IMG/VR virus record: IMGVR_UViG_3300030202_001434 | Location: 1,233-65,232 of that record | From: a virus | Lineage: Duplodnaviria; Caudoviricetes | DNA: 64,000 nucleotides | Strand: one strand, 5' to 3' | Part shown: piece after piece, positions 38,506 through 48,134 of the stretch | Position numbering within the stretch: the first letter of the stretch is position 1 | Layout: every line of letters begins with the position of its first letter | The notes under the pieces: generated by a model | The model's database searches: none | Seen by the model: the letters and a program-made list of their open reading frames with translations, nothing else | What the model was told of the DNA's origin: nothing | Translations under genes and position numbers: made by a program

Positions 38506-39065
38506 ATAATCATTGTTATGTTGTTTGTAAACATTCTGTAAAGTTTTTCATTCTCTACATAAAATTCATATTCTGATTCTGGAGTAAAAGAAACTTCATC
38601 ACCAACTTTAACTCCTAATTTTTTTAACTCTTCATTGTTATATTTAACAATACCCATTAACGGTTCTTCAGTCCCTGTCTTTCCTAAATAAGAATCTTTA
38701 GGTGGAATAGGTTTTATAAAACAATACTTAGAGTGGCTTTTCCATTCTTCGTTATTATAATACAAAAAAAATTGATCAAAGTCAATAAAGAATAAATCGT
38801 CTTTAAAAAAACTTTTACCGCTTTTTTCTCTACCATACATATCGTTATAATATTTAAATACATTATGATGTACTAACAATATGTCACCAATTTTTATTTC
38901 ACCTTTGTAGTCAATAGGAAGAGACACCACTTGCCCATATCTGTTTGATGCTTTATGATCTTCTTTTGAAACACTCATTAGAAAATCTATATCACCAATC
39001 TTTTTTACATTATCATACCTTTTACCAGTAAGAGGTCGGACAATAAAAGAAAATGGAGACTGCAT
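38502..39065 (-). CDS. GroES-like protein, apparently two tandem domains
   Basis: FIVRP...GQVVSLP...IKIGDILLVHH and CFIKPI...GIVKY...GVKVGDEVSF. Confidence 0.55.
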   Translation of the reverse strand: MQSPFSFIVRPLTGKRYDNVKKIGDIDFLMSVSKEDHKASNRYGQVVSLPIDYKGEIKIGDILLVHHNVFKYYNDMYGREKSGKSFFKDDLFFIDFDQFFLYYNNEEWKSHSKYCFIKPIPPKDSYLGKTGTEEPLMGIVKYNNEELKKLGVKVGDEVSFTPESEYEFYVENEKLYRMFTNNITMIM

Positions 39066-39289
39066 TAAAAGTTTATATTATACTCTAAAGAGATTGGCAT
39101 TGTTGTTTTAAACTCTTTCCATATAAGAACCTCTTGATTTTTTTCAATCCATATCTTATAAGATTCTGAAGAAGCATCGTGTTGAATTAAATGAATTATA
39201 TATGATCCCCCTAGTACATCTTGCCCTACTATATAGTGCATAGCACCAGACTTATAGTCTGCTCCTATTGAAATCTTTCTAATATCCAT
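39065..39289 (-). CDS. hypothetical protein
   Basis: MDIRKISIGADYKSGAMHYIVGQ; TAATG coupling. Confidence 0.7.
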   Translation of the reverse strand: MDIRKISIGADYKSGAMHYIVGQDVLGGSYIIHLIQHDASSESYKIWIEKNQEVLIWKEFKTTMPISLEYNINF

Positions 39290-39293
39290 TTAA

Positions 39294-39812
39294 TTAAAAT
39301 GTAGTATCTAACTTTAATTTTCTATAAGTAATATTTATATATAAAGTTCCGTCACCTTGTGTTGGATTTGCTAATCCTCCTAAAACTATACCTTCATTTA
39401 CAGGTATAAATTCAGCAGGTGAAGGATCGCTTTTATATACTTTTTTAGTTGCAGAGTTTAATAAAGCTAATGGTAAAGGCTCCTGAATAGTGCCTTGAGT
39501 TATATTAATAGTGTTAACAAAATCATAAGTAACCCCTCCAGGACTCATATAACTTACAATTTCACTAACATCATAAACATATTCAGAACCAGGCGCAGGC
39601 AGTAATGTAAACTGCTGTGTTCCTATAACTCTTAAATAAGATGAAGGAACGGCTACTGTAACTGAAGTAACATTTAAACCATATAAAGTTTGTAGGTTTT
39701 CTAACGTACAGGTTTTAGTGTTTAAATTGTTTTCTGCATCAGTTAACACAAAGTAATCCGACAGTGAAGGAATGATACTTGAGTACGCTGTTGTATTACT
39801 TATTCTAGCCAT
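39294..39812 (-). CDS. putative virion protein
   Basis: MARIS N-terminus shared with 53418..54131; beta-rich. Confidence 0.6.
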   Translation of the reverse strand: MARISNTTAYSSIIPSLSDYFVLTDAENNLNTKTCTLENLQTLYGLNVTSVTVAVPSSYLRVIGTQQFTLLPAPGSEYVYDVSEIVSYMSPGGVTYDFVNTINITQGTIQEPLPLALLNSATKKVYKSDPSPAEFIPVNEGIVLGGLANPTQGDGTLYINITYRKLKLDTTF

Positions 39813-39816
39813 AGTT

Positions 39817-40080
39817 TTATTTAGATATAGGTTCTGCTTCTACTTCTTGCGGCTTTTTAGTAACAATACCTGTTGCTAAATCAATAACAGCATCTTGTCC
39901 ATATTTCTCCGCTAATTTTTTTTCTTCAACCGCAAATGCACTTTTTAAGTTATTTAATGCTTCTTTTGCAAGATCTTGTCTTAGTACATTATCAGCAATC
40001 TCTAACTTAGTTTTAGTAAAGTCTTGGTTAAGTTCTTGAATTTTTTTTAATTCGTCTTCAGTTAATTTAATTTCACTCAT
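39817..40080 (-). CDS. small coiled-coil protein (candidate fibre chaperone)
   Basis: Coiled coil then KYG...IDLATG. Confidence 0.6.
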   Translation of the reverse strand: MSEIKLTEDELKKIQELNQDFTKTKLEIADNVLRQDLAKEALNNLKSAFAVEEKKLAEKYGQDAVIDLATGIVTKKPQEVEAEPISK

Positions 40081-40130
40081 TTTAATTTATTTTTAATGTT
40101 AATTTTATTTATGTAAATATAGTAAATATA

Positions 40131-40496
40131 TTATTCTTCTTCAACCGGTGGTGGTGGGGCTGGATTATCCCATGTAAAGTATAAGTCTTCATCCACTGGA
40201 TGTTTTTGCAAGTCTATTTGTTTTGATAAACTTACCTCCATATCATTCACAGGTAGCCCATCTTTAAGCCAGCTAATTACTACATTCTCAAACGCTTCGT
40301 CATCAGCGTAAGGAATAAAAGGTGTTGAAGGATCGTACTGTAAAGAATAAGTTCCTATTTGACTAGCGGTATACTGCGGATCTTGGTCGTCTTGAGCGGT
40401 ATACGTCCAATGTACTGTGTAGATTACGTTTTGATTCCCATCTTCTTCGATACGGGCGTTCATTTGATTTATTGTCCATTTATAAAAATTTGCCAT
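40131..40496 (-). CDS. tail fibre-associated small protein, paralog of 47747..48121
   Basis: VIYTVHWTY, FIPY..., VISW; Pro-rich tail. Confidence 0.65.
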   Translation of the reverse strand: MANFYKWTINQMNARIEEDGNQNVIYTVHWTYTAQDDQDPQYTASQIGTYSLQYDPSTPFIPYADDEAFENVVISWLKDGLPVNDMEVSLSKQIDLQKHPVDEDLYFTWDNPAPPPPVEEE

Positions 40497-40511
40497 AATT
40501 TAATATTTTTA

Positions 40512-40519
40512 CAAAGTTA
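40512..40519 (-). promoter_or_regulatory. Bacteroidota -7 promoter element TAACTTTG
   Basis: Intergenic TAnnTTTG. Confidence 0.6.
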
Positions 40520-40530
40520 ATAAAATAAAT

Positions 40531-43500
40531 CTATTGTTTTTGGGATTTAAGATTTTCTACTTCTGCTTTTAGTTCTTGTATTGACTTAACTAATAAAGGA
40601 ACTATTTTAGAATAATCCACAGATTGCATTTCTTCTGCATCTTTTTCTCCTATAACTGCTTGTGGTAAAACTTCTTCAAGTTCGTGAGCCATAACACCAT
40701 AACTTCTACTTTCATCTGTTTTCCATTTAAAGTCATATACAGGTATTTTAGAAACCATATCTAAACCTGCAAAATCTTTTAAATCTTCTTTTAATCTATA
40801 ATCAGAAGATGTATTGTAGGCAGTTGCAGTTGTAGTAGATATTATACTACCAACTACTGTTCCTGTATGAAAAAATTGTATCATAGTGTGTGTACCACTA
40901 TGCCCACCTAATTTTAAAGTTGCCTCACTACCAGAGCCAAAAACAGCACTTACAACTGATGATGATACTGTTGTTGAATTTGTGCCAATACAAACTTGAC
41001 CTGCAGATTGTATTCTCATTGCCTCTGAGCCTCTTAAAGCAAATTGTAAAGTAGAGCCACCTGTATTTCCTATTCTCTGAGCAATAATTTTCGCAGTATC
41101 TGTGTAAACATTAATATCTCTAAAAACAATAGCACCACCTTTTCCAACATTGTGATTGTTTTCTCCACAATCTAATCTTAGTAATTCATTAACTGTGTTG
41201 TCTCCTGCTTGTTTGTAAATATGGAGTTTAGCATTAATATCTCCTGGTCCATCATCAGTTCCAATTCCTACACCAGTTCTATTTATCTTCATGAGAGTAT
41301 TTAAACTCACATCACTACCAACAGTTGTTTGTGAATTTGAACTATCCATCTTGAATGAAAATGATGTGCCTCCAATTTCCAAAGCACTATGTCCACCACT
41401 AAAATTTCCATAAGTAGATGTGTAACCACTGCTACCTGCTTTACCTTGCGCACCATAACCCATTATAAAGTTTCCACTAGAATAATGTGAACTAATAACT
41501 CCTAAATGATGTGGAGAAGCATAGTTTTGCTTAAGAACCGCTCCCCCATTTGTTGAAGAAGGACCGGCAGCTATAGCACCATTATGCACATGTAATTTTT
41601 CAGAAGGTGATGTTGTTCCGATTCCCACCCTTTGGTTTGTATTATCAATTCTAACAACTTCTCCATTTGAACCAGATCCAATTTTAACACTTCTTGAACT
41701 AGCCCCCTCTAAATTTAATACTCCAGCGGTATTTTTTAATCTACCAACGACTGTATCACCAGTAGCTCCACCAACCATGAATGAATGAGAATTATTAATA
41801 GCAACGCTACCATTAGCTACAGATAATTTTTCTGATGGTGATGTTGTTCCGATTCCTACGTTTCCGTCAGAACCTAATATTGTCATTCTTGTATTATCAC
41901 CTACTCTAAATGACATTCTATCTGGGCTATGCCCATAAAATATTTGACCTACATTAGCATCATCATTATCGCTAAAATTAATAAAACATTCCCCAGTGTT
42001 AGATGCTGACAATATTGTCATACCTGTCGAAGCACTTGACCTTAATGTTAATTGAGAACCAGCCGCAGGCGATGAAGTTCCTATTCCTACGTTTGAAGCT
42101 GGAAATACTACATTGTTGCCAAGTGGATTTATTCTTAATTCTTGCGATTCAAATGATTGAATCCATTTATAACCACCAGTTTGATAATCTCCAAAACCTA
42201 AACCGCCGCCAGTAGGTGAATTGTCTCCATTTGCACTTATAATTCCATTTACTTCTAATCTAACACCAGCATTAGGCGAAGCTGTTCCAATTCCTACGTT
42301 TCCTGAATTATTAATGGTTAATTTTGCATCACTTTTTGAAACGTTATTTCCATTAACTTCATTATTGACAGCTAGGTGTAAACTTCCTCTACCCTGTGTA
42401 GTTGTTCTTTCAAAGAAAATACCTGATTTAACATAAGTATTATTGCTAAGCATACTAAATCCGATACTAGCTGAATCTCCATTAGTATCATTTTCATTCG
42501 CTATTAGTAAATTATTTGAATCTCCTGATGCATCACCAGTTACAGTTAGTTTTCTACCAGGATTTGTCGTTCCAATTCCTACGTTGCCATTACCTTGTAA
42601 AGTCATAATAGTAGGAGCTTCAGATGAACCTGCCCACGCATATCCATTATTTGTTTCTCCCCTTACTTTAAACTTTAATTTTGTTAAAAAATTTGTATTA
42701 GATGTTCCTTCTGCTCCAATCCAAGCGTGCCTACCGTGACTTGAACCATTAGCAGTACCTACTAATTCTAAAGCAGCAGCTCCTGTTGTTGTGCCAGAAG
42801 TACTTGCATATGAACTTATCCTAGAATATGCAAGTCTGTCTGTTACATTACCTGAAAAATTAGTTAATTGTTCATCTCCAGATACTACTTGAAGTTTAGC
42901 GGAAGCATTAGTTAACCCAATTCCTAAGTTTGAATTATAAAATGTAGCCATTTGACCTGCGGTATCAAAAAACGCTATAGATTCCGCAGCACCACTTGTT
43001 CCTCCTTTTATTTGTAATCTATCTGTTCCTGCTCCAAAACCTATCATGTCAATAACAGCACTTCCAGTATTTCTTTTACCTTGTAAAAATTTACCATTAG
43101 TTCCTATTAAAACATCCGCTACATTAAAAGTATAGCTACTTGCATAGAAATCTAAAGATGCATAACCTAAATTACCAGATTGTCTATTAAAACTTTGAAT
43201 ATAATTAGGTGCAATTTCTATATTTTGATTATTATTAGTGCCATTTGCTACAACAAATTTATTTTGTGGCGAAATCGTTCCTATTCCTACATTACCTGAA
43301 CTAAGTAATGTCACTCTATCATTTGTTCCTAAATTACCCGAAGCAGCAATTTTAAATTTACTACTATCATCGTGGTCAATACCTATAACATAACTTTGAC
43401 CAGATACATTAAAAGTTAAAGAAGCATCTCCACTACTTCCATTTTGAATTAATACTTGAGGTGTATCATCAGTTGTACTTGTATAAATATGTAATTTTTT

Positions 43501-43992
43501 TTCAGGATCATTTGCATTACCTATCATTACATTTCCATTATCGTCCCAAAGTTGCACGATATTTCCAGCGTTATTTAATAATCTTAAATTATCACCACCG
43601 CTTCCCCAGTTTTGTAAAGTCCAAGTTTTAGCATCATTTTTAAGTTTCAATCCAACTTCTGAATTAGCTGAACTATCAGATACTCTTATATTAGTATTGC
43701 CATCATCGTCAGAAATATCTAAAATTTCGGTCGGATTATTATTGTTTATTCCAATATTACCGGTGTTTTGTACTCTTATTCTTTCAGTATCATTAGTTTT
43801 TATGCTTAATGGATGTAATGTACTTGTTCCAAAAGACATAGTAGTATTTGAATCGTGATAACTCCAATCGGATTTAACTGCACCACCACTTCTTTGTGCT
43901 TCAAATATTTTAACAGAATTTCCGGCAGTATATGTTCCTATACCTGTAATTGTACCTGTTATATTTTCACCACTTAATATTCTTATTGCCAT
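40531..43992 (-). CDS. tail fibre with GNVGIGT repeats and C-terminal S74 intramolecular chaperone
   Basis: Many GNVGIGTxxP repeats; TSSDYRLKEDL...GVMAHEL...VDYSKIVPLLVKSIQEL. Confidence 0.85.
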   Translation of the reverse strand: MAIRILSGENITGTITGIGTYTAGNSVKIFEAQRSGGAVKSDWSYHDSNTTMSFGTSTLHPLSIKTNDTERIRVQNTGNIGINNNNPTEILDISDDDGNTNIRVSDSSANSEVGLKLKNDAKTWTLQNWGSGGDNLRLLNNAGNIVQLWDDNGNVMIGNANDPEKKLHIYTSTTDDTPQVLIQNGSSGDASLTFNVSGQSYVIGIDHDDSSKFKIAASGNLGTNDRVTLLSSGNVGIGTISPQNKFVVANGTNNNQNIEIAPNYIQSFNRQSGNLGYASLDFYASSYTFNVADVLIGTNGKFLQGKRNTGSAVIDMIGFGAGTDRLQIKGGTSGAAESIAFFDTAGQMATFYNSNLGIGLTNASAKLQVVSGDEQLTNFSGNVTDRLAYSRISSYASTSGTTTGAAALELVGTANGSSHGRHAWIGAEGTSNTNFLTKLKFKVRGETNNGYAWAGSSEAPTIMTLQGNGNVGIGTTNPGRKLTVTGDASGDSNNLLIANENDTNGDSASIGFSMLSNNTYVKSGIFFERTTTQGRGSLHLAVNNEVNGNNVSKSDAKLTINNSGNVGIGTASPNAGVRLEVNGIISANGDNSPTGGGLGFGDYQTGGYKWIQSFESQELRINPLGNNVVFPASNVGIGTSSPAAGSQLTLRSSASTGMTILSASNTGECFINFSDNDDANVGQIFYGHSPDRMSFRVGDNTRMTILGSDGNVGIGTTSPSEKLSVANGSVAINNSHSFMVGGATGDTVVGRLKNTAGVLNLEGASSRSVKIGSGSNGEVVRIDNTNQRVGIGTTSPSEKLHVHNGAIAAGPSSTNGGAVLKQNYASPHHLGVISSHYSSGNFIMGYGAQGKAGSSGYTSTYGNFSGGHSALEIGGTSFSFKMDSSNSQTTVGSDVSLNTLMKINRTGVGIGTDDGPGDINAKLHIYKQAGDNTVNELLRLDCGENNHNVGKGGAIVFRDINVYTDTAKIIAQRIGNTGGSTLQFALRGSEAMRIQSAGQVCIGTNSTTVSSSVVSAVFGSGSEATLKLGGHSGTHTMIQFFHTGTVVGSIISTTTATAYNTSSDYRLKEDLKDFAGLDMVSKIPVYDFKWKTDESRSYGVMAHELEEVLPQAVIGEKDAEEMQSVDYSKIVPLLVKSIQELKAEVENLKSQKQ

Positions 43993-44002
43993 AATTATTT
44001 AT

Positions 44003-44482
44003 TTAACAGTATTGAGGATATCCCGAATCAACAACTCCTTGGTTAGTAGATATTAAAATATATAATCTATTACCCACTCCTGTTGCTGCGTTTATATTAT
44101 AATACCCTGCCGCTAATACATTAGTTCCAGCGCTATCACTATAACAAGTGTCACCTGCTGTAGGTGTTGAACCAGAACCGTTGTGATAATATGTTTGTGT
44201 ACAACACGGATTAAACCCGCTAAAACTACACGCTTGATTAAAAACACCCATTGTTGACGAACTATATGACGTTAAAGATACAAAACTTCGTCCGTAAAAT
44301 TCAGAGAACGCATGTGGTGCACTCTGATTTACTGGCGGGCTAGCTGTTGCGTATATCTTAACCAATGATCCCGCCTGAGGTGTGGATGCTCCGGCTAATT
44401 TAGTATTAGCTGTGTTACCTGCCCTAGACGCTTCTACATTTATCATGTTTGCCGATATGGTTCCTGAACTTGGTAATGCCAT
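44003..44482 (-). CDS. fibre-associated protein with Cys-rich module A
   Basis: MALPSSGTIS N-terminus; TQTYYHNGSGSTPTAGDTCYSDSAG. Confidence 0.7.
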   Translation of the reverse strand: MALPSSGTISANMINVEASRAGNTANTKLAGASTPQAGSLVKIYATASPPVNQSAPHAFSEFYGRSFVSLTSYSSSTMGVFNQACSFSGFNPCCTQTYYHNGSGSTPTAGDTCYSDSAGTNVLAAGYYNINAATGVGNRLYILISTNQGVVDSGYPQYC

Positions 44483-44486
44483 TATT

Positions 44487-44966
44487 TTATTTTTTTATCA
44501 TACATATCGCTATATACCTATCATTTACTGTTGAGTTTTTATAACCATGTTTAAAATCCCAATTATTTAAATACATAATTCCCTCCGAAATAGTGGTCGG
44601 CGCTTGTTTTAATTTTACATCTTGAACATCGTAAAACTCTGTAGATGTTCCACTGTCTATTAAATTTATAATAATAACACCTAATATATCTTCATTATCA
44701 AAATGAGGTATTAATTCAAAGTTAGGTAAGTTTTTTTGTATTTCAACATAAAGCACATACGGTTGAGATATTTTTTGATCTATTACTTTTTTATCGAAAC
44801 ATGCTTTTATTTCTTTTATAGCATCTTTATTAGTACAATAAAATCTACCTGTATCTTTTTCTTCGTAACTCAAATTTTCATAATCTAAAGCAGGCAATGG
44901 GTTTATTGAAGCTTCCCATAAATCTAAACCGTCTATATACTGTGTATTACTTATAACTAAACTCAT
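44487..44966 (-). CDS. putative 2OG-Fe(II) oxygenase-fold protein
   Basis: PHFD (HxD)...TEFY...KHGY...RY spacing typical of 2OG-Fe(II) dioxygenases. Confidence 0.5.
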   Translation of the reverse strand: MSLVISNTQYIDGLDLWEASINPLPALDYENLSYEEKDTGRFYCTNKDAIKEIKACFDKKVIDQKISQPYVLYVEIQKNLPNFELIPHFDNEDILGVIIINLIDSGTSTEFYDVQDVKLKQAPTTISEGIMYLNNWDFKHGYKNSTVNDRYIAICMIKK

Positions 44967-44967
44967 A

Positions 44968-47697
44968 TTATTTGTTTTCTAATTCTTTTACTCTTGCTTC
45001 TAGCTCTTGAATTGATTTTATCAATACAGGTACTAATTTACTATAATCTACAGCTTGTAATTTTTCTTCATCTTTATCTCCTACAACCGCTTGCGGAATT
45101 ACTTCTTGTAATTCATGAGCAACAACACCATACATTCTATTATCGCTTTCTTTCCATTTAAAATCATAGACTTGTATTTGTTCTAACAAACTCATACCAT
45201 CAAAAGATTTTAAATCTTCTTTTGACCTATAGTCAGATGTATTGGCATAAAATATATCACTACCATTTGTTGTTATATAACCAACTTGAGTTGTACTGTA
45301 ATAAAAATCAAAAAACGAAGGAGAGGTATTGTCTACTCTATATCTTGCACAACCAGACGCTCCATCTGTACCTGTATAATAATTATAGATATTATAAGAG
45401 CTAGTACCGTTTACTATGTTAAGCCAACCAGTGGTTGTTCCCAAACCAGTACTAGTGTTAGTTTGTTGTATGGTAATCCTACCTTGATTAGTAATTCTCA
45501 AAGGTCTTCTACTATTACTAATATCATTTAGATATATTGCACCAATCTCTCTTCCTGTTACTGGAATACCATCAGTAGATTTAACATTAAATGCATAAGC
45601 TCCTGAATATAATCCACTACCGTTATCCATGTAACCTATTGTAAACCGAGCATTGTTATGTAACCAATAACTAGGTGTAGCATTCGCATTAAAAAGACCA
45701 TCGGCTGTATAAGCTGTATTAATACCCGATTCTATATATACTCTTGTAGCGCCACCTGCTTTTAATTCCATAAAATCACCAAAGTGAGTGTACTGAACTT
45801 GTCCTCTGTTCTTAGCATCCGAATCACCAAAGTACAATGAGGATGTTGCACTATTAATATTAGACACTATTGCTATTTTTGGATTAGCTGTACCGCCAAT
45901 TTCTAAATTGTAACTAGGCGAACTTGTTCCTATTCCTACGTTTCCTCCATTTACAATATAAACACGCCCTGATCCAGAATTAGTTCCTAAAACTAAAGAA
46001 CCTGTACTCGCTGATGATATACCTAAATCAGCATCTGCTAAGCCGTTTATTGCCCAATCACCTGTTCCTATATAACCTCTTGTTGTTGTATTTTCTACAA
46101 ATCTTATAGCTGGATGATCACCAACTCTTTTTATTTGTATAACACCATTTACTTCAAGTTTTTCCCCAGGAGATGTAGCCCCAATTCCTATATTACCGCT
46201 GTCTGCAATCCATAATCTATAAGCAGTTCCATCATATATTCCTAAATTACCAGTGTCTATACTTATAAATTGATACTCATTACCATTTGTTGCTGTAGAA
46301 TTTAATATAAGTTTACCTTCATTTGCATTACTTCTTATTGTTCCTGTTACATCTAATTTATGACTAGGCGAAGTAGTTCCAATTCCTACTCTTAAGTTGG
46401 GATCTAGAGTCATAAGCACTTGTTCGCTACCTCCAGTTGGATTCCCAGCGCCTCTATAAAAATAAAATTTGTTATCAGCATCTGTTGCTCTAGAACTTAA
46501 CGCCCAATAAACACCTTGCCAACTTGTTTCATTTGCAGCAGCAGTATGACCAAATAATATATCAGCAGGATAACTGTTACTAGTAGAATCTAATCTAATA
46601 TCAGCCCTTCCAGAAAGCGCCCAATTTCTACCTGCTCTAACACCGAACACATCTAGTGGCGCAGTCGGGCTAGTAGTTTGAATACCTACATAACCACCTG
46701 TTGTTATTTGAAGTTTAGTTTGTGCAGCGTAAGAAGATTGAGAACCGTCAGCCGCATATCCAATATTAAAACCACTTTGGTTATAACCACTACCAACAAA
46801 CCATTCTCTATCAGTACTGCCACCGCTTGTAGTAACGTTATCTTTTATTTTTATTCCAACACCACGCCCATCGTAACCATGCAGGTTTATTCTAGATGTC
46901 ATAGCTGGGGAGCCACCATTGTCAGGCGCAGTTACATTAAGAATTGTGTCAAAAGAACCATTGCCTTCAAAAGTTGCATTGCCAATACTATCGATTATAA
47001 ATGTTCGTTCTGTTGTTCCGGCACTATCGTCATACCATTTGAACTCTAAACTATCATTGCTTGTGCCTCTAATTATATAAATATCGTTTGGATCTGAGAA
47101 GCTATTACTATCAGTAAAACCTAATGTTGGTGAGGTGTTGTTAATGTAAATATCAGCACCAGTTGTACCACCAGTTACAGTAATACCTCCACTAAAATTT
47201 CCACTACCTATATTTACTAAATTCCTACTAGAATCCATCACATAAGTGCCATTTAACTGATATGCTGAAGCGTTTACTAATGAAAAATGTCCTGTGCCTG
47301 ATGATCCGGTTATATTTCCTGTAACTGTTAAATTTCCGCCTGCAACAACATTCCCTGTAAAATCTGCTGTGGTTCCTGTTATAGCGCCAGTTGAGCCATC
47401 AATTATTTGTGTAAATGAATTAACAACTCCGTATGCTAAACCAGCTGCTAAAATATATTGACCACTTTGTAAAGTACCAGCTAATGTGCTAGATCCAGAA
47501 ACTCTAAGATAAGTAGCTCCAGAAACTCCAGTAATCATTTCGTGATCACCAAACCCCATTATACGAGCAGTGGTGTTAGAACCATTACCCACATATAGTA
47601 TACCTGATGATACTCTTAAATTTCCACCGGATGTTATAGCGCCAGTTGTGCTTAGTGTGCTGTCTATAGTCTGGTTGCTTAATGTTCTAATTGCCAT
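44968..47697 (-). CDS. tail fibre with C-terminal S74 chaperone
   Basis: VGIGTTSP repeats; TSDYRSKEDL...VDYSKLVPVLIKSIQEL. Confidence 0.85.
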   Translation of the reverse strand: MAIRTLSNQTIDSTLSTTGAITSGGNLRVSSGILYVGNGSNTTARIMGFGDHEMITGVSGATYLRVSGSSTLAGTLQSGQYILAAGLAYGVVNSFTQIIDGSTGAITGTTADFTGNVVAGGNLTVTGNITGSSGTGHFSLVNASAYQLNGTYVMDSSRNLVNIGSGNFSGGITVTGGTTGADIYINNTSPTLGFTDSNSFSDPNDIYIIRGTSNDSLEFKWYDDSAGTTERTFIIDSIGNATFEGNGSFDTILNVTAPDNGGSPAMTSRINLHGYDGRGVGIKIKDNVTTSGGSTDREWFVGSGYNQSGFNIGYAADGSQSSYAAQTKLQITTGGYVGIQTTSPTAPLDVFGVRAGRNWALSGRADIRLDSTSNSYPADILFGHTAAANETSWQGVYWALSSRATDADNKFYFYRGAGNPTGGSEQVLMTLDPNLRVGIGTTSPSHKLDVTGTIRSNANEGKLILNSTATNGNEYQFISIDTGNLGIYDGTAYRLWIADSGNIGIGATSPGEKLEVNGVIQIKRVGDHPAIRFVENTTTRGYIGTGDWAINGLADADLGISSASTGSLVLGTNSGSGRVYIVNGGNVGIGTSSPSYNLEIGGTANPKIAIVSNINSATSSLYFGDSDAKNRGQVQYTHFGDFMELKAGGATRVYIESGINTAYTADGLFNANATPSYWLHNNARFTIGYMDNGSGLYSGAYAFNVKSTDGIPVTGREIGAIYLNDISNSRRPLRITNQGRITIQQTNTSTGLGTTTGWLNIVNGTSSYNIYNYYTGTDGASGCARYRVDNTSPSFFDFYYSTTQVGYITTNGSDIFYANTSDYRSKEDLKSFDGMSLLEQIQVYDFKWKESDNRMYGVVAHELQEVIPQAVVGDKDEEKLQAVDYSKLVPVLIKSIQELEARVKELENK

Positions 47698-47714
47698 AAA
47701 GAGTAGAATTTACA

Positions 47715-47722
47715 CAAAGATA
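47715..47722 (-). promoter_or_regulatory. Bacteroidota -7 promoter element TATCTTTG
   Basis: Intergenic TAnnTTTG. Confidence 0.6.
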
Positions 47723-47746
47723 ATCAATTTAGATTACCTATTATTA

Positions 47747-48121
47747 TTACTCTTCAGTAGGTGGTGGTGTTGGTGGGACGGGTTCTGGTGGTGGTGGAGC
47801 CCAAGGCATTTGTGCTTCTTCATTTTTTGGTGTTATTTGATTGTTTATTTCTTTAGCAACAACCACTTGTGGGTGATCCCAACTAGGATATGTAGCTACA
47901 ACCCATTGTATAACCTCGTCTTCTGTTAAGTCTTGTAAAGGAACAAAACTTGAAGGATCAGGTGCGCCCACAGGAATTGATCCTTTAAACGTTCCTGAAT
48001 ATCCTGAATCTGAATCAGTGCCAATGTAATCAAATTTAACTACAGTGACTACATCAGTTAAACTATCTAATGACGGAGCCATTAGCATACTTGTTATTTT
48101 ATAAGAGTAAGTTACATTCAT
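47747..48121 (-). CDS. tail fibre-associated small protein
   Basis: DVVTVVKFDYIG, FVPLQDLTEDEVIQWV; poly-Pro tail. Confidence 0.65.
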   Translation of the reverse strand: MNVTYSYKITSMLMAPSLDSLTDVVTVVKFDYIGTDSDSGYSGTFKGSIPVGAPDPSSFVPLQDLTEDEVIQWVVATYPSWDHPQVVVAKEINNQITPKNEEAQMPWAPPPPEPVPPTPPPTEE

Positions 48122-48126
48122 AGTTG

Positions 48127-48134
48127 CAAAGGTA
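48127..48134 (-). promoter_or_regulatory. Bacteroidota -7 promoter element TACCTTTG (near-leaderless)
   Basis: TACCTTTG-CAACT-ATG. Confidence 0.65.
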
